64,000 nt of DNA from NCBI RefSeq assembly GCF_006345805.1, contig NC_043007.1, positions 9,796,001-9,860,000 on the forward strand, given 5' to 3'. Below are positions 24,601 through 36,855 of this stretch, piece by piece (the stretch's first letter is position 1; every line of letters begins with the position of its first letter). The notes under the pieces are model-generated. The model was not told where the DNA came from. It ran no database searches and saw only the letters and a list, made by a program, of their open reading frames with translations. The stretch is from Octopus sinensis. Lineage: Eukaryota. The translations under genes and the position numbers were made by a program.

Positions 24601-27600
24601 GGCATCGGCCTGATTCGACGGTCATTCGGAATGCTCACAGCAGCCATATTCCTACCGCTCTATGTCACGCTGGTGAGACCCATGTTGGAGTACGGGATTC
24701 AAGCCTCTTCTCCTTATCTCCTCAGAGACATGCATCATCTTGGAAGAGTCCAGAAGCTGGCTACCCGCATGGTTCTTGGTCTCAAGCATTTGTCTTATGA
24801 AGAAAGGCTGAAGACGCCGCCACCGTAATGATCTCATTCTCGCTCACAACATCATAAGCGGAAAATGTAACCTCTCGAAAGAGCTGTTCTTCACTCCTGC
24901 TCCTGCGATGATTTCATCTCAATCGAAGGAGAGGGGCTTTCTCCATCCGGGTTGCGGATCCGTGGAATAAGCTGCCGGACGAAATAGTGAAGATGCCAAC
25001 GGCCGCTCGGTTCAAAGTCTCTCTTGACCAGAAATGGCCTGAACTCTTTGCATGAACACCCTCCCTGTACATAACTCCATGTCCTCCTACATGGCCTTGC
25101 TTTTTGCTTTTTGAGCCAAAAAATTAACTTAACTATGATTTCACTCGGTTCAACAGGTCTTCACACGCACAGCATATCACCTAACGATTGAAGGGTGCTT
25201 TTAAGGGGTCAGTTACATGACACCAGCATCAGCTGTGACTATGATCTCACTTAGCTTTGACGGGTCTTCTCAAGCACGACTTATCTCCAAAGATCTCGGT
25301 CACTTGTCATTGCTTCTGTGAGACCCAACATTCAAAGATTGTGCTTCACCATAACCCTTTTTTTTTTTTTCCATATCCATCTTCACCAGCAGGTTTTTGC
25401 CTTACACCAGCCATTCCTTGCCATCCAATCTTGTGCTTCGCTAGTATTAGCAAATCAATTTACATTTTGTGACGTACATTTGCCATTTAAATATGGCTAA
25501 CCCCTAAGGGTAGATGCTACTGTAGTTTGTAGCCCCTGGAGGACACCTCCTCCAGCTGGCCATAGACACACTTTCTGTGCCCTATCCCTTAGGGGTTAGC
25601 CATATTTAAATGGCAAATATACGTCACGATGTGTTGTAGCTACTGTTTATAACTCGCTCTGAGATTTATTATTGCTTGTTTACACTTTTTCGATATCAGT
25701 GTCTTTACGATACTGGAAAAAGTTTATGTATTTGTGAAGGGAACCTACTTCTCATCAACAACTGTGATTGTCACACGCCGATGACGGGTCCAATACCCAG
25801 AAACTTGAGTCCGTGTGTATCATAAGTTGAAGACGGGAGGGATGACTTCCCTTTGCAAACACTGATAGGGCACAGAAAGTGTGTCTATGGCCAGCTGGAG
25901 GAGGTGTCCTCCTGGGGCTACAAACTACAGTAGCATCCACTCTTAGGGGTTAGCCATATTTAAATGGCAAATGTACGTCACAATTTACATTTTCTTTGAA
26001 ATAAATTTTGTTTACTAAAGATCACATACCCCTTGAGTTCATTAGAGAGCTTTTACACAGTCAGTCAATCTGCTGGAAATAGAAGGCAGATGTCTTATCC
26101 AGTTTCTTTAAGAAAGGGTATATTTGATAATGTGGTCTTAGATATTCTATGTCTGAAAATGAAATATAAAAGACACCAGGAATGTTGTGTTGTTGACCTG
26201 CAATTAAACAAATTCAACAGCAGCATCATAAAACCTTTATTTGTCATAGTTGGTGTATGTATTATGTACCAGTTTTTGCATTTATGCATAAAGTTCCTGT
26301 GTTTGTGTATTTATGCATAATATACCAGGTGCATATTTATGAGGAGGTGCTGAAAGTTCCTGGCTTTAAGGATTCCTAGCTGGAGGTCCAACGTTCTGAG
26401 TTTTTGGTTTTTTTTGTTTGTTTTTTTTTTACAAGGCTTATAATAATAATAATGAAATTATTGTATACAGTGCTCAGGTGCACCACAACTTGTCAGAAAG
26501 TGCGTATAAAGTGTATGCAGTAATGTGCAAATGTCTGGAAAGCGAACAATGTATGAGTCAGATACATGCTTGTGTGTGTATGGAGGGGAGGAAATCAGGT
26601 GTAGTGTTGGCGAATCTCAGGAAGCATGGAAGTTTTGAAGGATGCAGTGCTCCGACAACTAACAACCGATGCCGGCAGTTTGTTCCATGCTTCAGCAACT
26701 CTCAGCGTGAAAAAATGTTTCCTAAAGTCATGGGAGCTGTGCTGTTTTCTGACTTTGTAAACATGTCCATGGGTGTTAGACGGGTGGAGTTTGAAAAGGT
26801 GCTCAGAGTTATTGTATGTAAGATGGTTGATAATTTTATGGGTATCTGCCAAGTTAGCTGCCAGATGTCGGAGTTTCAATGTGTCCATGCCCAGGGAAGT
26901 AAGGCGTTCAGAATATGGCAAATGCCTGATGGAGGGTATTTTTTTGGTTGCACGTCGCTGAACGGCTTCCAGATGATTAATATCCTGGGCAAGATAAGGG
27001 TTCCAAACCGGTGATGCAAATTCCAGGTGAGGTCTTACCATAGCTGTATAAAGCCGCAGATAGATAGTCGGAGAGCGGCTCACAAAGGATTTTTAGAAAA
27101 ACTAAAGGACCACTTCAATAAGTGTGTGAATCTGAGAGGGGAATATGTTGAATAAAATCATAACTGATCATCCTGTACTTTCTTTTACCCGAAGCCAGGA
27201 ACGTTTTAGCAGCCCCTCGCGTGTGTATGTATATATATATATAATAGTGGACCAAAGTGTGTTTGTGTATCTATGCATAATTACCAGTGTGTGTGTGTGT
27301 GTTCATATACAATGTACCAGTAAGTTTATGTTTAACTTCGATTTCTTCACAGATTCGTGTACGTGATGACGACATGCCATTGGCTCATGTTGCTTTGGCA
27401 GTGGAAGGATGTGGCTGGAGTAATGCGGACAATATTGCTTTAATGGTGGCCAACACTCTGATTGGTAGCTGGGATCGCAGTCATGGCGGTGGTGCCAATT
27501 TGGCTGGGCGTTTAGCTAGCAATTCTGCCAGAGGCAACCTCTGCCACAGCTTCCAGGCCTTCAATACCTGTTACACAGACACCGGGATGTGGGGCATCTA

Positions 27601-28057
27601 CTTTGTGTCAGAGAAACTTTCAATTGATGACATGATCTTCAACATACAGAACGAATGGTAAGTTGCTTTTCAGCATCATCATCATCATCGCTGTTATTGT
27701 CTCCATGACCAGGAGAATAATTGGTTGGATTAGCACACAGCAAAAATATATTGCAGAAATTATTAAGTATATATAGGACTGAAGAATGTTTTTATTACTT
27801 GATCTCACTCTCTCTCATATTAATTGTTGAAGAACAAGTGTTATTTACAGTACACAATGACAACTGGCAATCCTTCTATTCTTCTACTTGTTTCAGTCGT
27901 TTGACTGCGGCAATGCTGGCACACTGCCTTCAGTCGAGCAAATCAACCCCAGGACTTATTCTTTGTAAGCCTAGTACTTATTCTATTGGTCTCTTTTGCC
28001 AAACGCTAAGTTACAGGCACATTAACACACCAGCATTGGTTGTCAAGCAATGTCGGG

Positions 28058-28104
<47 letters not shown>

Positions 28105-31100
28105 TATATATATATATACATACACATACACATAGCAGAAGACACATGCCCAAGGTGCCCACGCAGTGGGACTGAACCCAGAACCATGTGGTTGGTAAGC
28201 AAGCTGCTTACCACACAGCCACTCCTGTGCCTGGAAATTTTTTTTTTTCCTCCATAACTTCAACAACCAGTAAAATACTACTTTAGGGTGTAGTGTAGCT
28301 AGAAAGAGAACATTAAAACTAGTACTTAAAGCAGAATCTGCTAATGGTATTCAAGGTTTCTAGGGCGGCGAGCTGGCAGAAACGTTAGCACGCTGGGTGA
28401 AATGCATAGCCGTATTTCGTCTGCTGTTACGGTCTGAGTTCAAATTCCGCCAAGGTCAACTTTGCCTTTCATCCTTTCGGGGTCGATAAATCAAGTACCA
28501 GTTACGCACTGGAGTCAATATAATCGACTTAATCCCTTTGTCTGTCCTTGTTTGTCCTCTCTGTGTTTAGCCCCTTGTGGGTAGTAAAGAAATAGGTATT
28601 CAAGTGTTCTTATATTTTCTGTCGGTGAGATTAGGGCCTTCATTATCAGGTCCATTTTGTTACAGTCGGATAACTACTTCTATTGCCCAAATACCAACAA
28701 AGCCAAAGTTGTGAAACTATTTCCCTCTATTTTTCTTCACAGGATGCGTCTCTGTAACAACGTGACTGACTTTGAAATTCAGAGGGCTAAGAATTTGTTG
28801 AAGACAAACCTTCTCCTTCAGCTTGATGGTTCCACTCCTATATGTGAAGACATTGGCAGGTCAGTATTATTGTCATTCATCATCATCATCGTTTAACGTC
28901 CGTTTTCCATGCTAGCATGGGTTGGACAGTTCGACCGGGGTCTGGGAAGCCAGGAGGCTGCACCAAACTCCAGTCTGATCTGGCAGTGTTTCTACAGCTG
29001 GATGCCTTTCCTAACGCCAACCACTCCGTGAGTGTAGTGGGTGCTTTTTACGTGTCACTGGCACAGGTGCCCGACGGGGCTGGCAAACGGCCACGGTCGG
29101 ATGGTGCTTTTTACGTGCCACTGGCACGGGGGCCAGGCAAGGCTGGGAACGACCACGATCGGATGCCAGCCTCGCCTGGCCCCCGTGCCGGTGTTTATAC
29201 TAAACACTATATTGTCTTGCATACCAGAAAACATTGCACCCTACATTGGTACCCCACACCTGTTTCCGGTCTAATAGGCTATTAAAGCACATTACTGTTA
29301 TGTCAGTTTTATTTAGTAATCAGTAACTTTGAGGGTTAAGATATTGGACTACTGACCAACAAGTCCATGATCCAAAACCATACCTTCTCATCCGTTCCAG
29401 TTTTCTTGACCGGCACTAGAACTGGTTCCTCTCTTCCTTCACAGCTGAGTGTTTGGCAGTAAGAGAGGTCATCCAATACAAACTGTAATTGTGTGTAAAT
29501 TGCTCTGCCCACTAATTTAGTGTTAAATCTTGATACAAAATCTTTTACATCTCATAAACGATAAACATCACCCTTTTCAAGCCTAACCAGGTTCATGGGC
29601 CTGGTTTCTGTGGCGTATGTGTTCCCCCCAGCTGGACGGGATGCCAGTCCATCGTTGCATTACTTAAGAAACCGGAAGATAGAGAGAAAGTTGTGGTGAA
29701 AGAGTACAACAGGGGTCGCCACCACCCCCTGCCAGAGCCTCGTGTAGCTTTTAAGTGTTTTCGCTCAATAAACACACACAATGCCCGGTCTGGGAATTGA
29801 AACCGCGAATCCACTGCCCTAACCACTGGGCCATTGTGCCTCCTTTACATCTCATAGTCTTAGCTTATGTCACATCCCAGTTTTTATAGTGAAAATCATG
29901 TATAAAATATTTGTACCCTAGTAAATACAGTGTATCTTCATTATCATTGTTTTATGTCCATTTTTCCATGCTGGCATGAGTTGGTGGGGGGCGGGGGGTT
30001 GCCTTCATGGGCAGTATTCTACAACCAGTTCTCCTTCTAGTTGCCTCTTAAGACATGCAATGAAACTGGGATTAAGTATAGCAGTGTGGAAAATGGATGA
30101 AAACAACAAAAACTGAAATGAAGATCTCTCTATAAAGTACCTTAACTGACAAGCATTAACATTTATTTCCCCCACACTGTATGACATTATCTATTGTAAA
30201 TAGTTAGTCCTGTTGCAAAGCCTGGGCAGGGAGGCTGGTTGATTGGTGAAATCTTCAGTGTTAATCATATAACCCAATGGCTTCTGAGACTAATTGTCAT
30301 GACAACGATGTTGTGTATGATGTAACATCACTGCAAAATTTCATGGATTAACTTCAGTATTTTTGCCAAGAAGGTTGAGAGGATATTGGGTGTGGTGCTT
30401 AAGATACCATGCTACTTGTCTAAGATGGTCATGGATCCAAATAATAGATAATTTTTTTTTCATTCATTTAGGGATCAACTGAATGCTTTACTACAATATA
30501 TCATCCATAAACAAGCTTTCGTTCTTTCACTAGCCCTTACACACAGTTTCATTGTCTCATTTACCTCTCTCTTTTCAGGCAAATGCTTTGTTATGGCCGA
30601 AGGATTCCATTACCAGAACTGGATGCAAGGATTGATGTAAGTTTTTTGTAGCACCCTCACTTTCACCCATCATCATCATCATCGTCGTTTAACGTCCGTT
30701 TTCTGTGCTAGCACGGGTTGGACAGTTCGACCGGGGTCTGGGAAGCCAGGAGGCTGCACCAGGCTCCAGTCTGATCTGGTAGTGTTTCTACGGCTGGATG
30801 CCCTTCCTAATGCCAACCACTCCGTGAGTGTAGTGGGTGCTTTTCACATGCCACCAGCACAGAGGCCAGGGGAGGCTGGCAGCAGCCACAATTAGTTGGT
30901 GCTTTTTATGTGCCACCGGCACAAAAGCCAGTCATGGTGGCGCTGGCATCGGCCACGTTTGGATGGTGCTTTTTACATGCCACGGCACAGGTGTCACAAC
31001 TACAATTTCCATTTGATATTTATTTTGATGTTGATGTACTTGACTCAACCCACAAATACTATCTCCGCTCATCAGCCTTCTAAACACCATCCGTACAGCT

Positions 31101-33718
31101 CAATGCAAACAGAACCACCTCTACCCATCACTTTACCAACACAATCATCTGTATAGTTTTTTAAACTCTCAAAAGCTTGTCATTATTGTAAGACATCAAA
31201 CCAGTAGAATTGGTAGTGTGTCAGGCAAATGCTTTGTAGCATTTCTTGCAACTCCTTAAATTCAACCAAGGTCAACTCTGCCTTTCATTCCTTCGGGGTT
31301 GATAAAATAAAGTACCAGACAAGAATTACTGGCTTTGAACTCTTCACTATATATTTATCATTACTGTAAGATTTTGTTTTGTTTTAGGAGGGTCATTTCA
31401 CTAATAACACGCACACACACCAGCTCAATATCACTTCTTTCTTTCTTAGTCATTCGGTTTAATATCTATTCAGCCAACTAATCGATCATTTGTGTAATAT
31501 GTTGGTTAAACAATAAAGTGAAAGTGCATGGCTCAGTTGTTAGTGTCAGGCTCACAATCATGAGGTATTGAGTTCAATTCCCGGACTGGGCTATTTGTTG
31601 TGTTCTTCAGCAAGATACTTTATTTCACATTGCTCCAGTTCACTCAGCTGTAGAAATGAGTTGTGACGTCACTGGTACCAAGCTGTATCGGTCTTTACCT
31701 TTCTCTTGGATAACATCAGGGACATGGAGAGGAAAGGCTGGTATGTATGGGTGACTGCTGGTCTTCCCATAAACAACCTTGCCCGGACTTGTACCTCGGT
31801 GGGGAACTTCGTAGATGCAATTTTATAGTCATTCATGACTGGAGGGGCTCTTTACCCTTTAACCCTTTAGTATTTAAACCGGCCATATCTGGCCAAAATA
31901 TTTAATCTGTTTTATGTTCAAACTGACCAGATCCTGGCTCTTACACCTACCCTACAATGTTATTCTACATTAAGTAATTACACCATCAAGATCTTGAAGA
32001 TATAAGATAATGCATGATTAATTCAAATTAATGGGAATCAATAGGGATTATGTATGTTAGTCAAAGTCTTTTCATTGCTATTTGCAGCTTTATCAATGGC
32101 ATGCCTCCTCTCTTCAAGGTCTGCCTTGAGTCTCATATCCTCGTGATAATATGTCAGTTTAAAATATCACAGTAAATACCTTTTAAACAAATCTCTTCTA
32201 CTCACATATCTTACCCTGTTTTGTTTTTTCTCGCTCTCTCTCTTTCTACAGGCTGTAGATGCAGAAACCATTAAGTCAGTATGTACCAAGTATTTGTATG
32301 ATCAGTGCCCTGCTGTGGCTGCTGTAGGTGAGTAGTTATGAGTGTGTATATGGTGTGTGCCTATGTCTTTTTATTGCTGCTCAGTGATTCTCAGTTAGGG
32401 TCCATATAAGATTTTGCTAAGATTTATCAGCAATAAATTGGTCATACTTCTACATACACAAAATATTTTAACATATTTTTTTTATCCAATTCCTAATAAT
32501 ATATATCACACACCATTTTTGTCCATTTAAAATTAAGTATAACTTAGTGACACATACACAAGTAAATACAGTACTTTGCAAAATTCCACCAAACTCTTAA
32601 TTGTCATAACCCTTTTGATACCAACCCACTTGATCCTGCCCTTGGTCCTTTGAAAAAACTTCCAGTTTTTAAAGGATCTGAATTAAAACTTCTCATCACA
32701 ATTTCATGTTAATTTATGTTCCAAACACAAACTTAATCATCATCATCATCGTTTAATGTCTGCTAGCATGGGTTGGACGATTTGACTGAGGACTGGCAAA
32801 CCAGATGACTGCGCCAGGCTCCAATCTTGATCAGGCTGAGTTTCTACAGCTGGATGCCCTTCCTAACACCAACCACTCCTAGAGTGTAGTGGGTGCTTTT
32901 ACATGCCAGTCAGGTGGTACTGGCAACGACCTTGCTCAAATGTTTTTTCACGTGCCACCAGCACAAGTGCCAGTAAGGCAACACTGGTAATGATCATGCT
33001 TGAATGGTGCCTTTTACATGCCACTGGCACGGAAGCCAGTCAGCCGCTCTGTCAACAATCACGCTCGGATGGTGCTCTTTTCGTCCCACTAGTACGAATG
33101 CCAGTCATTGAATTTGATTTCGATAATTATAGTTATTTCACTAAATCTTTCATTAATTCAAAACTAATTGAAATAAAGGCAGTGTATTTCAATGGAAATA
33201 TCATAACAAACCGGTTAAAAGATCAACTGAAACTCCTTGAACAGTGTGCTTTGTTAATTGTTCCTTCTTGAGCCATGCCTGGCTCATAAGGGCCGGTTTC
33301 CTAGTTTCCTTGGTGTATAGGTTCCCCACCTGGACAGGACGCCAGTCCGTCGCAGGTGAGCTGCAAGATGCCGGAGGAAAGAGTGAGAGAAAATTGTGGT
33401 GAAAGACTCAGCAAAAGTTTGCCATTACCTTCTGCCGGAGCCACGTGGAGCTTAGGTGTTTCGCTCATAAAACACACACATCGCCCAGTCTGAGATTTGA
33501 AGCCACGATCCCTCAACCGCAAGTGCACTGCTCTAACTACTAGGCCGTGTTAATTATAAAAGGGTCAAAGGGAAATGTTTGAATTTTGTTTTGTTTTTTG
33601 TTATTAATCATTTCAAGAGTCTCTGTACATGTTTCTTCTTCTTATCCTTTCAGGACCTATTGAACAGTTACCAGATTACAATCGTATCCGTGGTAGTATG
33701 TACTGGGCCAGATTATAA
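8350..33718 (+). CDS. PMPCB: Mitochondrial-processing peptidase subunit beta (M16 family), 12 coding exons: 8350-8418, 12802-12948, 15419-15635, 17810-17901, 19092-19198, 20471-20550, 24090-24202, 27353-27657, 28743-28859, 30579-30636, 32252-32327, 33654-33718; 1446 nt, 481 aa
   Basis: The spliced translation follows beta-MPP throughout ([93 protein letters not shown]). All introns are GT-AG and phases are consistent. Confidence 0.96.
10424..10920 (-). mobile_element. RTE LINE 3' fragment with (GAT)n tail. Further copies at ~14649-15005, 24238-24620, 28878-29190, 30668-31045, 32737-33120, 34857-35037, 35457-35780, 41530-41802 (-) and 33968-34310, 40104-40348, 47403-47814 (+)
   Basis: Shared block GGTTGGCGTTAGGAAGGGCATCCAGC...GCATGGAAAACGGACGTTAAACGATGAT, which is contiguous with an RTE ORF C-terminus at 48106-48852. 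Confidence 0.8.
12802..12948 (+). CDS. PMPCB: PMPCB exon 2 ([11 protein letters not shown]...[27 protein letters not shown])
   Basis: Acceptor tttgaag|, donor |gtaagt; 147 nt, phase 0-0; matches the beta-MPP N-terminus. Confidence 0.93.
13259..13672 (+). mobile_element. tRNA-derived SINE, tandem dimer (Meta-domain-like family). Other copies at ~12200-12480, 16035-16245, 20722-20952, 28364-28600, 45155-45380, 49619-50098, 51490-51780, 52019-52167, 54934-55278
   Basis: Head GGCGGC(G/A)AGCTGGCAGA, B-box-like GAGTTCAAATTCC, central GCCTTTCATCCTTTCGGGGTCGATAAA. Confidence 0.8.
13893..14494 (-). mobile_element. Non-autonomous Helitron (second family)
   Basis: On the - strand: 5' TCTATATACTACAAAA; 3' hairpin GTGACCCAATGGGTCAC followed by CTAG. 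Confidence 0.7.
15419..15635 (+). CDS. PMPCB: PMPCB exon 3 containing the HXXEH (HFLEH) zinc-binding motif
   Basis: [31 protein letters not shown]...KDLPQ; AG/GT boundaries; 217 nt. Confidence 0.97.
16261..16645 (-). mobile_element. Non-autonomous Helitron, same 3' end as 5678-6170
   Basis: Identical terminus CTAGCAGTATCGCCCGGCGTTGCTCGGGTTTGTAAGGGAAATAACTATA; different internal sequence. Confidence 0.8.
17050..17382 (-). mobile_element. tRNA-derived SINE (related copies at 31525-31860 + and 41000-41120 -)
   Basis: On the - strand: TGGCTCAGTGGTTAGAGCG (A-box) and GAGTTCGAATCC (B-box); body shared with the other copies. Confidence 0.75.
17810..17901 (+). CDS. PMPCB: PMPCB exon 4 ([31 protein letters not shown])
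   Basis: ttacag| and |gtcagt; 92 nt; includes the distal Zn-ligand Glu region. Confidence 0.96.
18218..18854. mobile_element. hAT-like MITE containing a nested mariner-like MITE
   Basis: TIR TAGTGTTTCTCAA / TTGAGAAACACTA; 8-bp TSD CTGAAGAG/CTGTAGAG. Confidence 0.75.
18364..18588. mobile_element. Tc1/mariner-like MITE
   Basis: TIR TTGGGTTGTCCAGAAAGTTTGTG / CACAAACTTTCCGGACAACCCAA with TA TSD. Confidence 0.8.
19092..19198 (+). CDS. PMPCB: PMPCB exon 5 ([36 protein letters not shown])
   Basis: ttttag| and |gtaagc; 107 nt. Confidence 0.96.
19638..20272 (-). mobile_element. Decayed RTE LINE 3' end (older subfamily)
   Basis: [17 protein letters not shown] and [12 protein letters not shown]-terminal remnants followed by the RTE 3' UTR. 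Confidence 0.7.
20471..20550 (+). CDS. PMPCB: PMPCB exon 6 ([26 protein letters not shown])
   Basis: ctgaag| and |gtaagt; 80 nt. Confidence 0.96.
21255..21487 (+). mobile_element. CR1-type LINE 3' fragment (family A) fused to the RTE element
   Basis: [19 protein letters not shown].. remnant; same family as 26440-27085. Confidence 0.8.
21486..24049 (-). mobile_element. RTE-clade LINE, 5' half: putative 5' UTR, AP-endonuclease and start of RT; inactivated
   Basis: ORF 23263-21962 with [28 protein letters not shown] and QHRLV motifs. It continues through in-frame TGA stops into [22 protein letters not shown] and is truncated at ~21486. Confidence 0.92.
24090..24202 (+). CDS. PMPCB: PMPCB exon 7 ([16 protein letters not shown]...PCRFTGCD)
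   Basis: ttacag| and |gtaggt; 113 nt. Confidence 0.95.
24620..25133 (+). mobile_element. CR1-type LINE 3' fragment (family B) nested in an RTE fragment
   Basis: [30 protein letters not shown]; WNKLP remnant; TAACT-type tail. Confidence 0.8.
25469..25980 (+). mobile_element. Penelope-like/retrozyme-like non-autonomous insertion with an inverted 5' end and a 13-bp TSD
   Basis: TSD CAATTTACATTTT at 25456-25468 and 25981-25993. 25469-25586 is the reverse complement of 25864-25981 (3 mismatches). 25587-25627 directly repeats 25941-25981. Confidence 0.8.
25772..25817 (+). ncRNA. Minimal type-I hammerhead ribozyme motif (variant core)
   Basis: Stem I CACACG/CGTGTG; core CCGATGA; stem II GGGT-CCAAT-ACCC; GAAA; self-complementary ACTTGAGT stem III; GUC triplet (cleavage after 25811). 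Confidence 0.72.
26338..27222. mobile_element. Mariner-like MITE split by a CR1 insertion (uninterrupted relative at ~47135-47354)
   Basis: Ends GAGGTGCTGAAAGTTCCTGGCTT / AAGCCAGGAACGTTTTAGCAGCCCCTC. Confidence 0.65.
26440..27085 (-). mobile_element. CR1-type LINE 3' end (family A) with RT C-terminus (another copy at 39283-39627 +)
   Basis: [49 protein letters not shown]; (TTA)n tail. Confidence 0.88.
27353..27657 (+). CDS. PMPCB: PMPCB exon 8 ([19 protein letters not shown]...IQNEW)
   Basis: tcacag| and |gtaagt; 305 nt. Confidence 0.97.
28743..28859 (+). CDS. PMPCB: PMPCB exon 9 ([39 protein letters not shown])
   Basis: tcacag| and |gtcagt; 117 nt. Confidence 0.96.
30579..30636 (+). CDS. 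PMPCB: PMPCB exon 10 ([19 protein letters not shown])
   Basis: tttcag| and |gtaagt; 58 nt. Confidence 0.95.
32252..32327 (+). CDS. PMPCB: PMPCB exon 11 ([25 protein letters not shown])
   Basis: ctacag| and |gtgagt; 76 nt. Confidence 0.95.
33654..33718 (+). CDS. PMPCB: PMPCB exon 12 ([21 protein letters not shown])
   Basis: tttcag| acceptor; TAA at 33716-33718; typical beta-MPP C-terminus. Confidence 0.95.
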
Positions 33719-33845
33719 TGTAGACCTAAACTGTATAGCAAATCATCTGAGCATGATGAAATAAGTTATGGAAGTCCCCTTATGTTTACCAACTTTCTCA
33801 CACCACACACACACACACAATTGATGTAGTGGTTCTTTATGGATA

Positions 33846-33851
33846 AATAAA
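33846..33851 (+). terminator. Candidate polyadenylation signal of PMPCB
   Basis: AATAAA ~130 nt after the stop, followed by T/GT-rich sequence. Confidence 0.55.
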
Positions 33852-36800
33852 GAGTTACCTGTATCAAATTTTGTCATTGTATTGTTATTACTATTATTCT
33901 TGTCAGGTGATAGAATACCTGGTGAAAACACTATGTATTTTAATTACATGAATTTATGCTTTCATTTCACAAAACTCTACTTGTGAAGACCTGTTGAGGC
34001 AAGTGAAAATCAAAATCAAAATCGATCAACATCAATGGAATTTGTAGTTGTGATACCAGTGCCGGTGGCACATAAGAGAACCATCCGAACGTGACCGTAG
34101 CCAGCACTGCATCGCCTGGCCTCCGTGCCGGTGGCACATAAAAAGCACCCACTACACTCACGGAGTGGTTGGCATTAGGAAGGGCATCCAGCTGTAGAAA
34201 CACTGCCAGATCTGACTGGGCCTGGTGCAGCCTTTGGGCTTCCCAGACCCCAGTTGAACCGTCCAACCCATGCTAACATGGAAAGCGGACGTTAAACGAT
34301 GATGATGATGATTTCCAATCCATTCATCCTTCTTCTCCACACTCTACTCTTGGGAGAGTCATGTGGGGGTAGAGTCCTATCCAAATCAACCATTGATACA
34401 CTTTCTACCTGGATTCCCAAACATGACCAAGTAAGTCTATGAATATTGTTCAACCATCTTATTCTTGGGTCTACTCCTTACTCGTTGACTCAGCTTGAAG
34501 AATCTGTCTTGTGATTCCTTCCTATGATATTCTAATCTCATGGCCCATAGCGCCAGAGCTGTAACCTTTCAATGCCAAAGTTAATTTTTCCTGCCATCCT
34601 TTCTAGGGATCAATAAAATAAATTTGATTGCTCTAATCAGCTACAGTCTACATCTCTGCACAAAAGTTTGTCATTAAGATATATAAAGAAATCCGGCATA
34701 GTTGTGTGTTTAAAAAGTTTGCTTTCCAACCATGTGGTCTTGGTTTCAGTCCCACTATAGAACACATTGGGCATTTTCTCCTATAGCCCCCAAGCTGAAC
34801 TAAGCCTTGAGTAAATTTGGTAGATAGAAACTGAAAAAGACCTATCGTGTGTGTGTCATCATCATCGTTTAGCGTCCGCTTTCCATGCTAGCATGGGTTG
34901 GACGGTTCAACTGGGGTCTGAGAAGCCAGAAGGCTGCACCAAGCCCAGTCTAATCTGGCAATGTTTCTACGGCTGGATGCCCTTCCTAATGCCAACCACT
35001 CCGTGAGTGTAGTGGGTGCTTTTTACGTGCCACCGATACATATATATTTTGCTTCTTTCAGTCATTTGGCTGGAGCACCGCCTTTAGTCAAACAAATTGC
35101 CCTCAGGACTTATTCTTTGTAAGTCTAATACTTATTCTGTCGGTATCTTTTGCCGAACCACTAAGTTACAGGAACATAAACACACCGGCATCAGTTGTCA
35201 AACGATGGTGGGGTAACAGACAAACATATACATACACATATATGTATACGACAGGCTTCTATCAAATCCACTCACAAAGCTTTGGTCAGCCCGAGACTAT
35301 AGTAGAAGACACTTGCCCAAGGTGCTATGCAGTGGGACTGAACCTGGTAGAACCAGATGTAGTTCTCAGGGAGATTCAGCTGGACACGAAATGTGACACG
35401 GCTGGCCCTTTGAATTGCAGATACTTCTCATTGTTGCCAGCTGAGTGGACTGGGGCATCATCATCATCGTTTAGCGTCCACTTTCCATGCTGGCATGGGT
35501 TGGACGGTGCAACTGGGGTCTGGGAAGCCACAAGGTTGTACCAGGCCCAGTCTGATCTGGCAATGTTTCTACGGCTGGATACCCTTCCTAACGCCAACCA
35601 CTCCATGAGTGTAGTGGGTGCTTTTTACGTGCTATCAGCACAGGTGCCAGACGAGGCTGGCAACAGCCACGGTCGGATGGTGCTTTTTACGTGCCACCGG
35701 CACGGAAGCCAATCGGGGCAGCGCTGGCAACGACCACGTTCGGAGGGTTCTCTTATGTGCCACTAGCACTGGTATCACAGCTGGGGCAATGCAAAATAAA
35801 ATGTCTTGCTTAAGGACACATGCTACCGAGAATCCAAACCCCCAATATAACGATTGTGAGCCAAACGCCCCTAACACAAAGCAATGCACCTTCAGAAGAA
35901 AAAAAATAACTTCCATGTTTGTCCCTATGACTTAGCTGTTTGGGAAAAGAGACTGATAGAATAAGTACCAGGTCTAAAAAAATAAGTATTTGGGTTGATT
36001 AGTTCAACGAAAATTCTTCTAGGTGGTGACTCAGCATGGCTAGTCAAAGAGACTTAAACAAGTAAAAGATAATACACATTTACTTGTTTCAGTCATTTGA
36101 CTGTGGCCATGCTGGAGCACCGCCTTTAGTCGAGCAAATTGACCCCAGGACTAATTCTTGGTAAGCCTAGTACTTATTCTAGCGGTTTGCCAAGTTACGG
36201 AGACGTAAACACACCAGCATCGGTTATCAAGTGATGTTGGGGGGACAAACACAGACATACAAACCTCTACACACACATACATTTATATATATATATATGC
36301 AACGGGCTTCTTTCAGTTTCCGTCTACCAAATCCACTCACAAGGCTTTGGTCAGCCCGAGGCTAGAGTAGAAGAGATTTGCCTAAGGTGCCACGCAGTGG
36401 GACTAAACCCGGAACCATGTGGTTGGTACGCAAGCTACTTACCACACAGCCACTCCTACGCCTATGAAAGATAATATTTTTTGAGGTTCTTTACATCCTG
36501 AGTTCAAATCCCACAGAGGTGAAGTTTATCTTTTTGTCTATAAAATAAAATACCAGTCAAATATTGAGGTCAATTGCTTTGACTAATTTGACTTCCCTAA
36601 AGAGGCTTGTGCTTATGCTAGACACATTATTAAGCAAGAACAGTTGTGTAGTTAGGAAATTCACTTCTTAACTACTTGGCTTCAGGTTCAATCTCATTGC
36701 ATGGTATCTTGAACAGGTGTCTTCTATAACCCTCAACTAACCAGTCTTAGCAGATTTAATAGAGAAAAGTCTGTTTTGTGTGTGTGTGAGACAAGCCATC

Positions 36801-36855
36801 CAACCCATGCCAACATGGATGACGGACGTTAAGTGATGTCAATTTAATATATTAT

